A stretch of 64,000 bases of DNA from Octopus vulgaris. Its lineage: Eukaryota. Below, piece by piece: positions 10,819-24,539 of the stretch. A model generated the notes under the pieces. It did no database searches and was not told the DNA's origin. It saw nothing but the letters and a program-made list of their open reading frames with translations. The position numbers and the translations under genes are program-made. The DNA is taken from the NCBI GenBank assembly GCA_951406725.2, contig OX597818.1:24738001-24802000 (forward strand), written 5' to 3'. How positions within the stretch are numbered: the stretch's first letter is position 1; each line of letters opens with the position of its first letter.

Positions 10819-13800
10819 GTAAGTTTCATTTTTATTATTTAAGATTTTGATTTCTGTATCTCAGAAACAAATTCAATTACAAAATTTTTTTAGCAAAAGT
10901 GCTGCATAGAACACATGCTTATAAATAATAAAATAATACAGTTTTAACCTTTATTATAACCATACACCAGGCCTTTGCTGAAAATTGTTTGTGTGTATGT
11001 TTATCTTACATGTATGTGGTGTATGCATTCACATTTACACTAAGCAAGCAAGTGTATATATTTTGATACAAATAACGTGCATTTAGATAGGTACAAAAAT
11101 TTAGTTAGAAAACAAAACAAGGCCTAAGGAATAAATAACATCAAGCAAATTGTCATCAACAATGTACACTCTACTAGCTTATTGGACCAAAAACAAAACT
11201 AAAATTGACAAATCAAAGTACAATTTTCCTCAGTGTTGCATTAAAGTCAAGAATATTGTTAGGTTATTCTCTTCATTTATCATTGAAAATTTTGCTTCTA
11301 TTTTTCATGGCTGTACACATAGATTGCTTTAATGCAGGACTGACACTAAAGATGCAGTATTGTGTCTATCCAAGAAGCTGCTGCTGGGTTCTTTTCTTCT
11401 TTCTCATTGTTTTTCCTTCATCCTACTGGTATCAAAGAAGGTCTGCAGCAATCAATCCTTCTCCATTTGCTCATCTCCACATCTTAGTTTTCCACCTACT
11501 CCAACAAACCAATCTACATCTCTTCTTCACATTTCCTTCTTCATACACTATGCCTAGCTCTCACTCCTCAATCCTGTCCTCTGAATCATTGCTATCCCGT
11601 AGCCCTTGACTCTGTATATACTCAGGTTTTTACCATACCCCCCTCTGCACTCTTTAATCATGCTTCCATCACAATATCCTATCACTTATATTATGGTGTT
11701 TGAACCTCAAGAGTATGCCCTGGCTCTTGCCACCATCTATATCTCTCTCTTCCTTCACTCAACCATCCCATTTATGTTCTGATCCCCATTCCTTGTGAGT
11801 ATGCCTGGCACTTTGCCACCATCTCTATCCTGCTGTCTCCCAATCTCTCTCTCTCCTCCTGCACTTCTTTCAGGTTGGGTAACTATGTATTTCCTTTGCA
11901 GCAGCACACCTGATGTCTTCATTCCTGATCTCTCTCTCTCTGCCAGGTAACTTTGTACCTCTTCTACAGCAAGACACCTGTTTCTGTCTCGATGTCTCAC
12001 TATAACCTTTCATCATCCGACAGAAGATCACCTCCTCCAATGCTCCCTCCCCTCTCGAGATTTTTTTTTGTCTTGCAAGCACTTGGTGACCTGTCAGTGC
12101 AGGTGCCTCTTAAAAGCACCCAGTTAACACTGTAAAGAGGGTGGCATTTGGAAGGGCATCCAGCTGTAAAAACCTTGCCAAAACTGACATGTAAAAAGCA
12201 CAAAGTTCACTCTGCTGAGTAGTTGGTGATAGGAAGGGCATCCAGATGTAAAATTCCTGCCAGAATTGTTACAGAGGTTTGGTGCAGTCTTCTACCTGGC
12301 CAGCTCTTGTCAAACTGTCTCACCAATGCCAGCATGGAAGGCAAGTATTAAATGATGATGATATCAGGTAGGATACTGAACAATGGCATAATCTTCTTGA
12401 TCAAGTTACATTTTTTTAGTTGATGACTGCCTGCAAGTTCAGAGTATGAGATCTGTTTGGTTCTTGTATCTGGCATCCATTTTGCATTTCCGAACCATTT
12501 TAGTTGGTATTTATTGATGATAGTTTGGATTCTTGTGGTTTTTGTTCTTGCTGGTACTACAATGTGCTTTTCACACACTTATTCTAAGGTTCAAAACTAG
12601 TCATGGTATATCAGACTATTGTGAAACTTGGGCTGCATACCAGCATAAAATACAACAGCTTGAGAAGCTGTTTTTCATCAAATAAAACTGTAACCAAAAG
12701 TTTAAAAAAATTTTAAACAGACAGAAGAATACTGCATAACTTTATAATAAATGTATAGATCAAACTCTATCTAATAGTTTATAAAATACTAGTTATATTT
12801 GAAAATTCATCAAAGTTCATTTAGATGTGCAATTACAGTAACTGATGCTATATATACATTTAACCAACTTCATGGTCTTTACAAACTTATAACAACATAT
12901 ATGATTTCCTACCCGTATGTGACAAAAATGCACGTGCAGTTTGTGCAAAAAAAGCCGGCTGGCATGAAATAATGCCACAAAATCGGATGGTCAGACAAGT
13001 TGTTTTGAGAAAATTTGGTTTAAATGTTTGACAACTCAGCACCATCCATTGGATGGGGGGTGGGGTTGTGCTCCTACAAATATAAATAGCATCATTGAAG
13101 AGAAATTGAAAATTTTGAAATTTTTTCTTCCTCTATTTCTAATTTAAATGATCATTCATAGGATAGTGCATCATCCTCATTATTGTTCTAATGTCTGCTT
13201 TTCCATGCTTGCATGTGTCATTTGAAATTTGTTGAGACAGATTTTCTATGGCCAACCCACATTTTTTTCAAATGTTGCTTTATTCCTTTGAACACAAACA
13301 TCAAAAAGGCTGGACATGTTTCCATTGGAGATTGCAAATGAATGATACTGCACGTATGACAGTGTTGTTTGTTTACACTTAGCATTAAAAGAATGTTCAT
13401 TTCTATCTTACATTTAATAATTTTTAAGAGATCTTAGCTTCTTGTATAGTTTGTCTATCTTCTTCAATATATTATTTGGTGCCCAACCTAGTGGTCATAT
13501 TTCTGTAATATTTGAATTTCATTGAATGTATATTGTTATATTTTGCAATGTAAGTATAACTATTATAGAATGTGTCCAGGAGTTTCAAACATTAAAAAAA
13601 AAGGTTTCATGAAAGTTGTGGCTAGGGCCAATTGGACTGATTGCTCCCAATCAGGCCTCATAAAAATGCTCTTCAAAACAGAAAGAAAGAAAGAAAAATA
13701 AAACATACTTTCTACACTTTAGTGACACAAGATACCAAAAGATAAACCCATTCATCCAAAATTGCTTGAGTCAGCCTTGCTTGTATTTTTAGTGCAAGAG

Positions 13801-13922
13801 TCAATTGTATGTATGCATGTGTGTATGGGCATGTTTGGGTAAAACATTTGTGTGTGTGTGAGAGTATGTATATGGTTGTTAAGTGTATGGTGAATTGTAT
13901 AAAAGTGTATGGTGAATTGTAT

Positions 13923-14093
13923 AAAAGCACCCACTACACTCACAGAGTGGTTGGCGTTAGGAAGGGCATCCAGCCGTAGAAACATTGCCAGATCAGACTG
14001 GGCCTGGTGCAGCCTTCTGGCTTCCCAGACCCCAGTTGAACCATCCAACCCATGCTAGCATGGAAAGCGGACGCTAAACGATGATGATGATGA
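13923..14093 (+). mobile_element. RTE 3'-tail / SINE-like repeat with (GAT)n tail
   Basis: aaaagcacccactacac...ggaagggcatccagc...catggaaagcggacgctaaacgatgatgatg. Same sequence as the end of the RTE at 46258-46445; further copies near 12100-12360, 37572-37740, 50440-50660 and 58650-58930 (-). Confidence 0.8.
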
Positions 14094-15345
14094 TACGTGA
14101 GCATATGTTTTTGTGTGTGAGTTGCTATAAACATACTTTGTATATGTTTAATTTTGGAGAAAACATTTTTATTTCAATAAAGAGTATTTTATGTGCGTGT
14201 GTCTGAATTAAAGAAAGCAAAAATAAAACAAAAATGAGAAAAGCAAAAGGCTAAATGTGTGTGTGTAAAAGAATTCAGTGCTCAGTATTTTGGCTACAGG
14301 AATTTCTGTCAAAGAGACATGGTTAAACAAAGGTTAAATGTTCAATTATTTTTCATAGTGGTTTTGTTTTGTTGAGGTGTTTGTGTGAATGTATGCGTAT
14401 GCATGTTTATGCTAGTATGTGTATGATTGTATGTATATGTATTTTTTAATGTGTGGTGAATTGTATACATACACACACGTATGTGTGTACAGTAATAGAG
14501 AGAAAGATGGGGGAATTTCTTTCTAATTTTTTCCAGGATATTTTTTAAAAGTGTAGTTTAGATGTATTTTGCTTACTAATGGTGAAAATTTTTGGTAAAT
14601 TTATAGTTTAACACCCCTCAATTTCAGTGATCAATGTTTTTTCCTTGTACTGTCAACTAATCTCATCTCCTAATATGTCGCAAATGATTTTTTTTCCCAC
14701 GGAAATTGGAGGTGGACCCTTGAAAATTCCCCCACCCCTCACCTCACCCAATTGGGCCCCACACCTCCTAAGGCCAGCCCTGGTTGTGGCTAAGTCAGAC
14801 AGATAATTACATTCTTATTCTTATGTAGATTTAGGACAACTGGATCTGAAAGTTTTCAGAACTTTCTCCCTCTTAATCATTATTTTTTTATTGAGACTTT
14901 TTTTTTAGCTCTTTTATATCACATAGATATGTTAAAATATCATCTTCCAATTGAGTCCAAAAGCCTAACACTCAAGTTTTTTACATGATTATGCCAGTTC
15001 TGTGTTATTGGTCATAATATACACAAGATCGCTCTGAGATGAACAAATCAATATTGATGATTATAAGTGCTTGTAGATTGTACATAATACTACACTGACC
15101 ATTACAATAATTAATTCGCTTTTTAAATGTTTATCATAATTACCATATCTGTGCAGTGTAAAATAAGGTGATGACAAAAAAGGGAATTTAATTAAAATAT
15201 TAGATACTTGTTTAGTCATTAAAATGTGATGTGAAGGTAAAAGATCAAGATGTATTTTAATGGTTTGTAATTATTATTAGTAGTCTACAAAATCTCCTGC
15301 TCTACATTGATCCTTATATTGCTTTGTCTAATTAATCAGTATCAA

Positions 15346-15565
15346 CCTGTTAGCATTCAGATTACTCTATCTAATGTAATGCTAATTTATTCAAAATGTT
15401 TTGAATTAACCATGCATTATCTCATAGCTTTGAAATTTTGAGGATGTGATTGTTTATTTTTAGAATGACATTCTATGGTATGTGTGAGAATCCAGATCTG
15501 GCTGGTATGAACATAAAACAGGTGAAATATTTGGCTTACAGATGGCCAGTTTGAATGCTAAAAGG
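15346..15565. mobile_element. piggyBac-type MITE
   Basis: tcaa|cctgttagcattca ... tgaatgctaaaagg|ttaa: short TIRs with TTAA-like flanks. Confidence 0.65.
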
Positions 15566-17529
15566 TTAAATCAAGTGATATCAAAGATTATATATAAAAT
15601 GAAAATATTCCCTCTTCAGTAGTATGTGTTTTGTTAACAAAATGTTTGAGTACATTAACACAGCATAGCAGACATTGTTTTCTAAATATATTTCAGTACG
15701 TAGCCTATCATTTCTAAATATATTTCAGTACGTAACCTATCATGTTCTAGTTTGGTTATTTTGCCAGAAAAATGCTGAAGTAGTATAAAGGAAAAGGTAA
15801 CGGGAATGTTTAGTAAGATTTATTCAGTTTCATAAGTATTGCTGCTCTTCTCAGCTAGACAACAAACTAAACAAAACTAAAGGCCAAGAATATTTTTTTT
15901 CTTTTTGTTTTGTAGCAATGTAGTTTTTTTTTTCTATGGATATATCAATCTTTTTCAGTGTATATATAAAAACAAATGCCTATTGTTGCCATAATGTTGT
16001 TATTATTGTTGTTCTACCATGTAAAGATCATTGACATTTCTGATTGCAAGACAATGTGCAAGAGAAAAATCAAGACAGTTGGGGAGAAGTGTGTATGGGA
16101 GGATAATGATCCTCTTAAAGAGAATGAAAAGTCATAGAAGTGCTATTGTGAAAGGTTGTTTATTGAAGAAAAACATAGAAGAAAAAGGGTTTACACCAAG
16201 TAAATCCAACAGACTCCAACCATTCAAGTTGACAGCAAAACAATGGATGTAGCAGGAAGGCACTTAGTCCATCAGAAATCACCACCATGATACTTAAAAT
16301 ATCTGGCAAAGTGTGATATGGACAAATCATCTGCATACTAAATCAGGTTGTACAGGAAGGTGTTACACCTAATGACTGGTGTAATAACATCATCAACTGC
16401 TACAAGGATAAAGTTTAACACACTAGAGAGCAGTAATTATTGAAGTAGCACAATTGACTAGGAAGAGAATTAACAGGTACATGAGTGGGATCTTGCAAGT
16501 GAATTTGGTTGGCAGAATCTGTAAGAAACCCATTATAATACATATATGTATAAGTGTGTGTGTGTTTGTGAGCGAGATTTTTTCATGTCTTGACATCATG
16601 TGTTAGTTGAATACAAGAATCAGTTTTACAAGCTGTTGACTACCCCATCCGGGCATAACAAAATGGATGTTAAAATTGTGTGTGTGTGTAAGGATGTCAA
16701 GTGGTTAAATAAATATATTAATCTCTTATACCTTCTGACCTTTTGTGGTTCATATATGTGTGTGCATGTGTGTGTGTGTACTGTCAAGTCTATATTATTG
16801 ACTTCATTTACATTCCTATACTTGCCCTCATTACTTGAACCTCTAATCACACATTATCTTTATCATTCATCTATCTATCTCTCATATCCCCATTGTTTTT
16901 CTCTTGATCATTCTCCCCTCTTCTCAATCTCACAGTTGCTGGTGTGACCAAGGATGGTAGTGGATCTCTTTTGTTTTCTGTACACTGCTTCAAGTGTAAC
17001 GGGTTCTCTCATCAACACCCTACCTCCACTTCTTTTTCATTTTACTTTTGCTCTCTTGGCTAACTTGAAACACATACATAAGGGCCCTCATCATGTACCC
17101 CATGCACTCCTCTACCTATACTCTGCTCCTGATCATAAATAGTTGATAAACCTTGTTATTTAAGTGACATAAATAGTTGAGGAAATATAGGACATGGAAG
17201 CATAGTGAATAAGGTTAATGATGGATAGTCATAAAACAGTCAGCAAAAGATTTATCACATTGTATAAAAAGTAGGCTATATGCTTATAAAATAAGAGGAT
17301 CTTTAATTATTGGAGAGGTATAAGTTGATTATAACCTGTTTAGTATGCAGAGAAATAAATGCAAATGAATGACTGAATAAAAAGTACTGTGATTAAAGGA
17401 ACCCACAGTTAAGATTACTCAATGGGAGAATTATTACAGACTTGTCCAATTCATGCTGGATATTGAAATGTTGATGATAGTAGGGATAGTAATGGATGTG
17501 GTACAATAATAATGATCACACCACCATTA

Positions 17530-19200
17530 TCATCATCGCCACTTCCCTTAATTCTGTATTATCTTATCTGAGACCAAACCTACTGAGGCATCACTGTTTC
17601 TTTCCATGTCTACTACTAGAAGTATCTTTCACTCTTAGTACATAACACATTTCCTCTAATCATTTGTAGTGCATTTGTATCTCCTGTCAAACCAGTATAG
17701 TCTCTTGCGCTCATTGATTGATACCCCTTCTTCTATGCTCAACCTTTCATGGAAATTAGTGTTGCACATCCTATCTCTCACACTTGACTCCTTTCTCTTC
17801 AGAATCTGAAAGACGTTTGTATTCAATGCCTGTGTTTCACAAACATGCAGCATCACACTTCTTCATACAGCGTCTTTTGCATGAAGAGAGAAACCTCTTA
17901 TTACAAATAAATATGAGAATTTCTTTCACTCCTTTCTTACTCAAGCTGCTATACTTTCTCTAGAAATACCCCTAATTGAAAAAGGGAACAGAAATTACTA
18001 TCTCAGATGACCCATCTGAGAAGTTTATGGACTTCACTTTATAAGTGCTTATTTGGTTAACTACTCTTGTATATGTAGCACATCTGAAATCCTTGTTCAT
18101 AACCATTCTCTAGAATTCCCACTGTATCTTTTGTATATTCATTGCTTACACTAATTACATAATACTAGGATCCCACTAACTCTTCCCAAACATATCAAAC
18201 TATATCACTTTCAGATTTCAGCTCTCTCTACCAATTAGAGTTTTGGTTTTTGTCATGTTGACATTTTGGGTTTTTCATTTTAAGGCCTTTTTTTTTCTTT
18301 AATTCAAAATATTTTGCTATGACAACTAGGTCACCAGCAAAAAAAAGTTCACAAAGATATATATTTTGAATGTAATTTTAAAACCTAAGCTGAACAGAAG
18401 CTTCATCCTGAAATTTCCTATAAACACTTCCTTACCTGATCTACACTTGACTTTTCCATTACCCACTAGAATACAGAATGTAAGACCTTAAGTAATAACT
18501 TGTTCTGTATTTGTCTCTTTGTGAATATGGATGCACAAATGTAATATTTCCATTTAGACACAATATCTTATCCAAACAAAAACACTTAATAACTTCCAAC
18601 AGTTGTGACTTTGTGAATCAAAAATTTGATAATTACTTTTCTCCTCTACATTTCTTTGCCTTATAATGGATAGTTTTTGCCAGACATTTGAGCTAACATT
18701 TCTGCAACTATTTTGAATGTTCCAGTAGCATTCACTGCTTAAATCTAACTAATTACCCTTACTAATCAAGCTAAATCCCTTTAGTTTCTGTTGGGTCTAT
18801 GTGGAATGGATATTCACTCTCCTTCTACAACTTTTCATGGTAGTAATTCAACACTTCTTTTTCTTTGCACTGTCAATAACATCTTGGTTCATACAAACAT
18901 TTTGCCTTGCAATTTAGAATCCTCCGTAGCTTTTCTCTTTATAGTAGGACATTAACTCTAAGTTTTCCTTGAAGAAAACTTGATTCTTGCTTTCTGCCTA
19001 GCCTCTTGATTAGGATTCAGACTACTTGTTCTGCTTCTTTTAAACCTTTCACTTGGTCTTTTATACCTACATTATTCCACCACAATATTGACTTTGACTC
19101 TGCATCCACATACTTGGATGATACTGATTTGATTAGGGCTTGAACTTTTCCTTGATATTATCCTGGTAACACTTAACAGCCCACTCTACTATTCTTTTGT
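17530..19200 (-). mobile_element. Highly degenerate RTE-like LINE remnant
   Basis: Minus-strand remnants such as MLHVCETQAL (cf. MLYGSETW) and a WWN linker motif. Confidence 0.45.
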
Positions 19201-19899
19201 ATTACTATTGACATTAACCCTTTTGATACCAATCTATCTGAGACCATCTATCTGTGGCATAAACTTCCTGTTTTAAAGTGACAAGGTTATTTGACAAAAT
19301 TCATCAGCATTTTCAAACTTCATTAAAGCAAATGCAGGAGAGAATAAGATGAATAGATGGAGAACGTAAAGACAAAGAGGCTGGATTGCTGGCTTTAATC
19401 ATCATGAGTTCTTATAGCTAAAGACTAGTGGTGGAGTACTATACAATATTTGCTACTGACATATGATTTAATATATCCATTAAGTTGATAAAAAGCTTAT
19501 AGTTACCAAATACTATTTAGTTTTGTTCTCATTGATAATTAGCAAAGTAAGAAAGCCGAAGGAAGTCACAAGAGATCAGTAATTATAAAGAACATGATAG
19601 TAGAAAGGAGGTATAACAGTAATGCCATCTGTTTTAAATGTAGTAGACTGTAAGTGAAGTAGGCACTTCTTTCAAAAATATTTTCAATTTTTCAAAATTT
19701 TGTTTTGTTTTCTAATATTTCCTGACAGCTTGTTGAAATTTAGTTGTCAAAAGCTTCCTCTACCTAACTCATCACTTGCTCTATTTTGTTTTACTGAATG
19801 TGTGTGTATGTATTCTTGGTGACATATGAATAAATATATTAACAGGCTGAATGAAAGCAAAGTACAACTGAATTAAATTTCCCTTTAAAATACAACATA

Positions 19900-20430
19900 T
19901 GCAATGTTCTATTTTATCAGCACTATGAGTCAGGTCAGATGTTGGGGTATGCATTGTTGCAGTGCATTACTGCAGTCACCATTTGTTGGTATATTTTTGG
20001 GTCCTTCCAGACAACCCATTGAACAAAGTCCCAGTCAGTCCTCATTTCCACGTGATACCTCCTCATCTGCTGTGACCATGTAGCTGACCAACATGAGCTG
20101 TCAACCCAGCTGGATCCTCAGTGAAGAGAGCATGGTAAGCAGGGCCTAGCTTGGAAAATCAAGCAACATGGCTAAACAGTTTGAACAGATGCTCCCAATT
20201 CAAGCAAATAACAGGATGCATCCCAGTTTTTGAGCAGAGCTATTGGTTGGATACAATATGGTAACCCATAATTTTGCATAACATCCTGCTACCAAGTGAG
20301 TTCAGGCAGCTCCTAAGGGCCCCAGACAGTGTCCAAGTCTCACAACTATAGAGTAAGACGGGGAGAACCAGAGACCTTAGGACTCAAACTTTTGTCCTCC
20401 TGCATAGTGCCAAACACACTTGTCCAATGC
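19900..20430 (-). mobile_element. RTE-clade LINE 3' coding fragment
   Basis: Minus strand encodes RRTKV..LRSLV.PVLLYSCETWTLSGALRSCLNSLGSRMLCKIMGY. Confidence 0.7.
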
Positions 20431-20774
20431 GTGCACAACTGCACCAGCTCATCCAAGTTTTTCAGGAGTCTAAAGTCCAAACTATGAGTAAAAATTAGTA
20501 CTAAAATGTCAATGTGTGTGTGTGTGTGTATATAGTTCAAATTTATAGAAAAACAAAGATGAAGACAGGTGTAGGAACAACAAGCAAGTGTATTAGTTTG
20601 ACACTCAGAAAAAAATGGAAAAGTCTTTTAAGTTTTGAGCCTACACTCTTTGACAAAAAAGAATAAGAGACAATAAATAGAGATTGAATGAGAAAAAAAT
20701 TTGTTGAGTTCAGTGGTCCAACATGGTGAATATATATATATATATATATATAATTATCTGTTTATATTTTATAG

Positions 20775-20968
20775 GTGTTTACTTTTCATCACGTTTTGAA
20801 AGTGTGAACTTTGTTGACTTTTGTGGCAAGTATCGTTTGCCCTTGTTACAGTACTTGTGTACTCCAAGATGTACCACATCCCAGCCGTCAGTGCGAGGTA
20901 ACAGTGACACAGAAACAGATGAAGAAGACGTAGCTAATGGAATCATGAAGAAAGTTCTTTTAGGATAA
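20775..20968 (+). CDS. LRRC58: LRRC58 terminal coding exon
   Basis: ttttatag acceptor; continues in frame as (G)VYFSSRFESVNFVDFCGKYRLPLLQYLCTPRC...MKKVLLG*. FVDFCGKYRLPL and the KVLLG end are characteristic of LRRC58. Confidence 0.95.
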
Positions 20969-21582
20969 TTATTTACAAATTGTTAATATTTTACCCCTTT
21001 GCATTTGATTTAATCTCACTGCCATTGGATGTTCAAAATATTTAAGACATCCTCCCTGCATGTCACAAAAGCCATTTCATGAAAATCAAAGTTTATTGAA
21101 CTGTATTTTTCAAATAATCTATCTTTGATTAAATATCTTATAACTTAAAAAGAAAAAGGGAAAAAAACAACAAAACCTTTTGACTATATAATTTTATCCT
21201 GTCTTATTTTATTCTGCAGGCTGGTCCTCTGTCAGATTTGTCTTTAGTTCTGCAATAATACATAGAAAAAAAAAGTTAGTTAATACTATAAATAGTAAAT
21301 TTTCTTTCTAAATTTACACATAGCAACAACTAAGAAAATTCAGGGGAAAAATCACTATTTCATGTTTTGCCTTGTTATGTTCTGTGAATAGAAACCGTTT
21401 TTTATCTCAGGTAAAGAATTTTTAAAAATACTAAACATTTAATGATTTACCATTGACTAATTTGAATTCAACTGTGATTAAAAACCTGGTTGCTGGCATG
21501 AGTGTTATGTAGAAATGCATATCACTTAAACAGCTACATCATTTATAGCATATTACTTACTGCTGGTTGTATGTGTGGTTCT

Positions 21583-21625
<43 letters not shown>

Positions 21626-22316
21626 ACAGATAGATACTCTACATATGTAAATATGTTATTCTAAATTACATCTAGCTAAATTTATTAAAATAAATAGGAA
21701 AGTCAGTTTGTATTAATGCTTCCCAACATGTAAATGTTTGCAATTTTTGTGTAACGTTGCTGCAACCAAGCTTCATTTTCTTACTCAAGTCTAGTTACCT
21801 ATAGAGATGAAGTTGTTGAGTCAGCAGTTGCATGACCTGCTAGAAAATAATAACCAAATTTTCTAATCACACCCCACTATTTTAAGTATACTATACTGAA
21901 CAATCTAGTCTCTCATATACAAAAAAAGTGTGGGATGGTTGCAACTAAAATGCCTTGGATCATAGGTTTGCTCAATCAGGGCTGACTTAGGGTTAAACTA
22001 CAACTTTAGGAGTTGTGAAAAGCAGACACATACACACAATCATGCAGTTTATATTTAAGAGACCATCTTCAAAAATAAGTTTTGCCTTTCATATTTATTT
22101 TTCTAAATATATCTTCATATTTCATCAAAATTCAGCGATTTTATTGCATTTGATTTACTGAAGAAAGTAAATACAAATCAACTGAATGAATGCTGTTATT
22201 AAAAAGAAAATGATTTGTTTATATAGTAATTTACTTGTTATAACTTGTCTAATTATATTACTTTTAAAAATCCAATAGTATTTAATTTTATTTATTTATA
22301 AAAAGAAATGAATTTA

Positions 22317-22322
22317 AATAAA
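22317..22322 (+). promoter_or_regulatory. Candidate polyadenylation signal of LRRC58
   Basis: AATAAA about 1.35 kb after the stop codon, followed by a GT/T-rich element (gagtgtgttttaatttttgtttttttt). Confidence 0.45.
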
Positions 22323-24303
22323 GTATTTACAACAGATTGGAGAGTGTGTTTTAATTTTTGTTTTTTTACATCAATTTCTCAATGTCTTACAACTGGATAT
22401 CCTTCTTACAGATAATCACTTTGATAGTGAAGTAGGAGTGGAGCTTACTTTTTGCTCATTCAAACTCTAGCGGTGTTTATACCTCAGGGGTATAAATCAA
22501 TGGCTATTCTACCAATACTCTAGTACTTTACCTTCGTAACCTCATATAAAATACTCATGAAATTCAACATAAATTATTAGGCTCCTGTTTTATAATTTTC
22601 AAAACAAAAGCTTCATGTGTGGATTAAGCATTTTCATCAGTTAAAAGAATTGGCTCAAAACAAAGAACACAAATTAAAAAATTTTGTTTTCACAGTTAGG
22701 CTTTGAATCAGAGTAGTTTGCGTTATAGTTAAAAACTGAACTGGTCACCTGTAAGATTGATGGAAGAAGAATTTTAAAAAATACTATTTGCTAAAATTCT
22801 GTGCTTTTAGTAATTGGGGGGACTTAAATTCAGTGTTTTTATTTGCCGAACTTAAGCTCTGTTCTCATAAGTAACTTGTATTCAAATCAAATCTGACTTG
22901 TAAATGAAACCAATAAAACAATCCTCATAAACAATGAACAAAACGATTACAGTTTCTGCATGTAACTTCTAATTCGGTCTCTATATTCAGCATAAAGTCA
23001 AGACTGTATCACAAGTCTAGATTTCATGTTTCAGATAAAATAAGATACCCACTCATGTTTATAAAACTCTATAACAAAAAATTTGTTTTTTTTTTCTTTA
23101 TGAATTGTTGGCTCAGTGAGAAGGAGGTAACAGAATTTTCCTTTGATGAAATGGTATTAACAATGTTTTATAATGGCTATGGGCTATATTTTTATCAGGA
23201 GTAATATAGTTGATTTAATTACCAAACTTAAGGATATTCATTTTATTGGAGTCAGAAGAATGAAAAACAAAATCCATCTCGGTGAAATTTGAACTCAAAG
23301 TGCTACCATTTGTGCCACCACCCTTCTCTCGTAATTTCTAACTTTACTGCACAGACACAAATTTGATTGTGAGCATTACAATTAATTAAACTGGCTTGAG
23401 TATCCAACTTGTAAAGTATTTTATTGATAGCTGAAGAATGAAAGGTCAATCCAACTTCAACTGAATTTCAACTCAAAAATATAAAGAAAGGATATAACTA
23501 AATACCCTAAGATAGTTATTCAGACACTTCACTGTCATATTTTCAATTAACATATTCTTGTTGCATCAGAGAAAATAAGATAAATTAGAAATATTCAAAT
23601 ACAAAATGGAATCAATCTAGCACCCCTTATTTTACTCCAGACCCCTTCTTTTTCAGATATTAGAAAGAAATGGGTAAAGAATCAACTGATCCTTTTATTT
23701 TTAAACTAATTCTCAGTATGCTGGGGAAGATATTTAATTATCAATAGTTCAACTCATTATGTATTACAGAATATTATATTTTTTGCAAAAAGAAACATTG
23801 GATCTAACACAGGGAAATAGATTTACCAGTTCTACAAAATTAGTAATAATGGTAAGTCCAATGTATCTTTTTTAAATACACTAGTATTGTGATTATTGAT
23901 TATTTTTATAGAAATCAACTTTAGTAAACATTTTTCAAACCAGAGAAAGGGAAAGAGTATTATAAGCATAATAAAGTGAATACAATGACAGTACTTGAAG
24001 ATCTTGTAGTATATCTAGGATAAGTCAACCTTCCATAACTCATCTCTCTTCAAAGTAGGACAATTTGAATTTATTAATGCAAGGTAAGGAAGCATTAATG
24101 CTACAAGTTGTATTTTGTATGTTGCCTAATTACAGCTATACAAGGATACTTGAGATTTTAGAATCTTGTTCACACACATCAAGTTACCACTCTGACTGGG
24201 ATAGTTGCTGCTCTTTACAAATATTCCATATAATGAAGTTATATGATTTATATTATTGCCTTCCCACTAAACATATGTAAGTAGTGATAAATACAACAAA
24301 CTA

Positions 24304-24516
24304 TGAGAGGGTGCTGAAAAGTTCCTGGCTTTGTGTAAAAGAAAATACAGGAGGATCAGTTATGATTTCATCCAATATGTTCCCCTCTCAGATTCACATA
24401 CTTATTGCAGCGGTCCTTCAGTTTTTTTAAGCCTTGTAAAAGAACTTGGAAGGTTAGGCCTCTAATCAGGCCTTTTGCAACACCCTTAAAGCCAGGAACT
24501 TTTCAGCACCTCCTTG
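24304..24516. mobile_element. Mariner-derived MITE
   Basis: TA|tgagagggtgctgaaaagttcctggcttt ... aaagccaggaacttttcagcacctccttg|TA: ~29-bp TIRs and a TA target duplication. Confidence 0.88.
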
Positions 24517-24539
24517 TAATAATGATTGATTATGTAACT

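Noticed and set aside
20620-20655. Minus-strand hammerhead-like motif (also 59735-59770)
   Set aside because: Both core boxes are too degenerate to support without a family consensus.
24084-24135. GT-AG mini-intron-like segment suggesting a hidden gene
   Set aside because: The flanking frames give no recognisable protein and there are no supporting exons.
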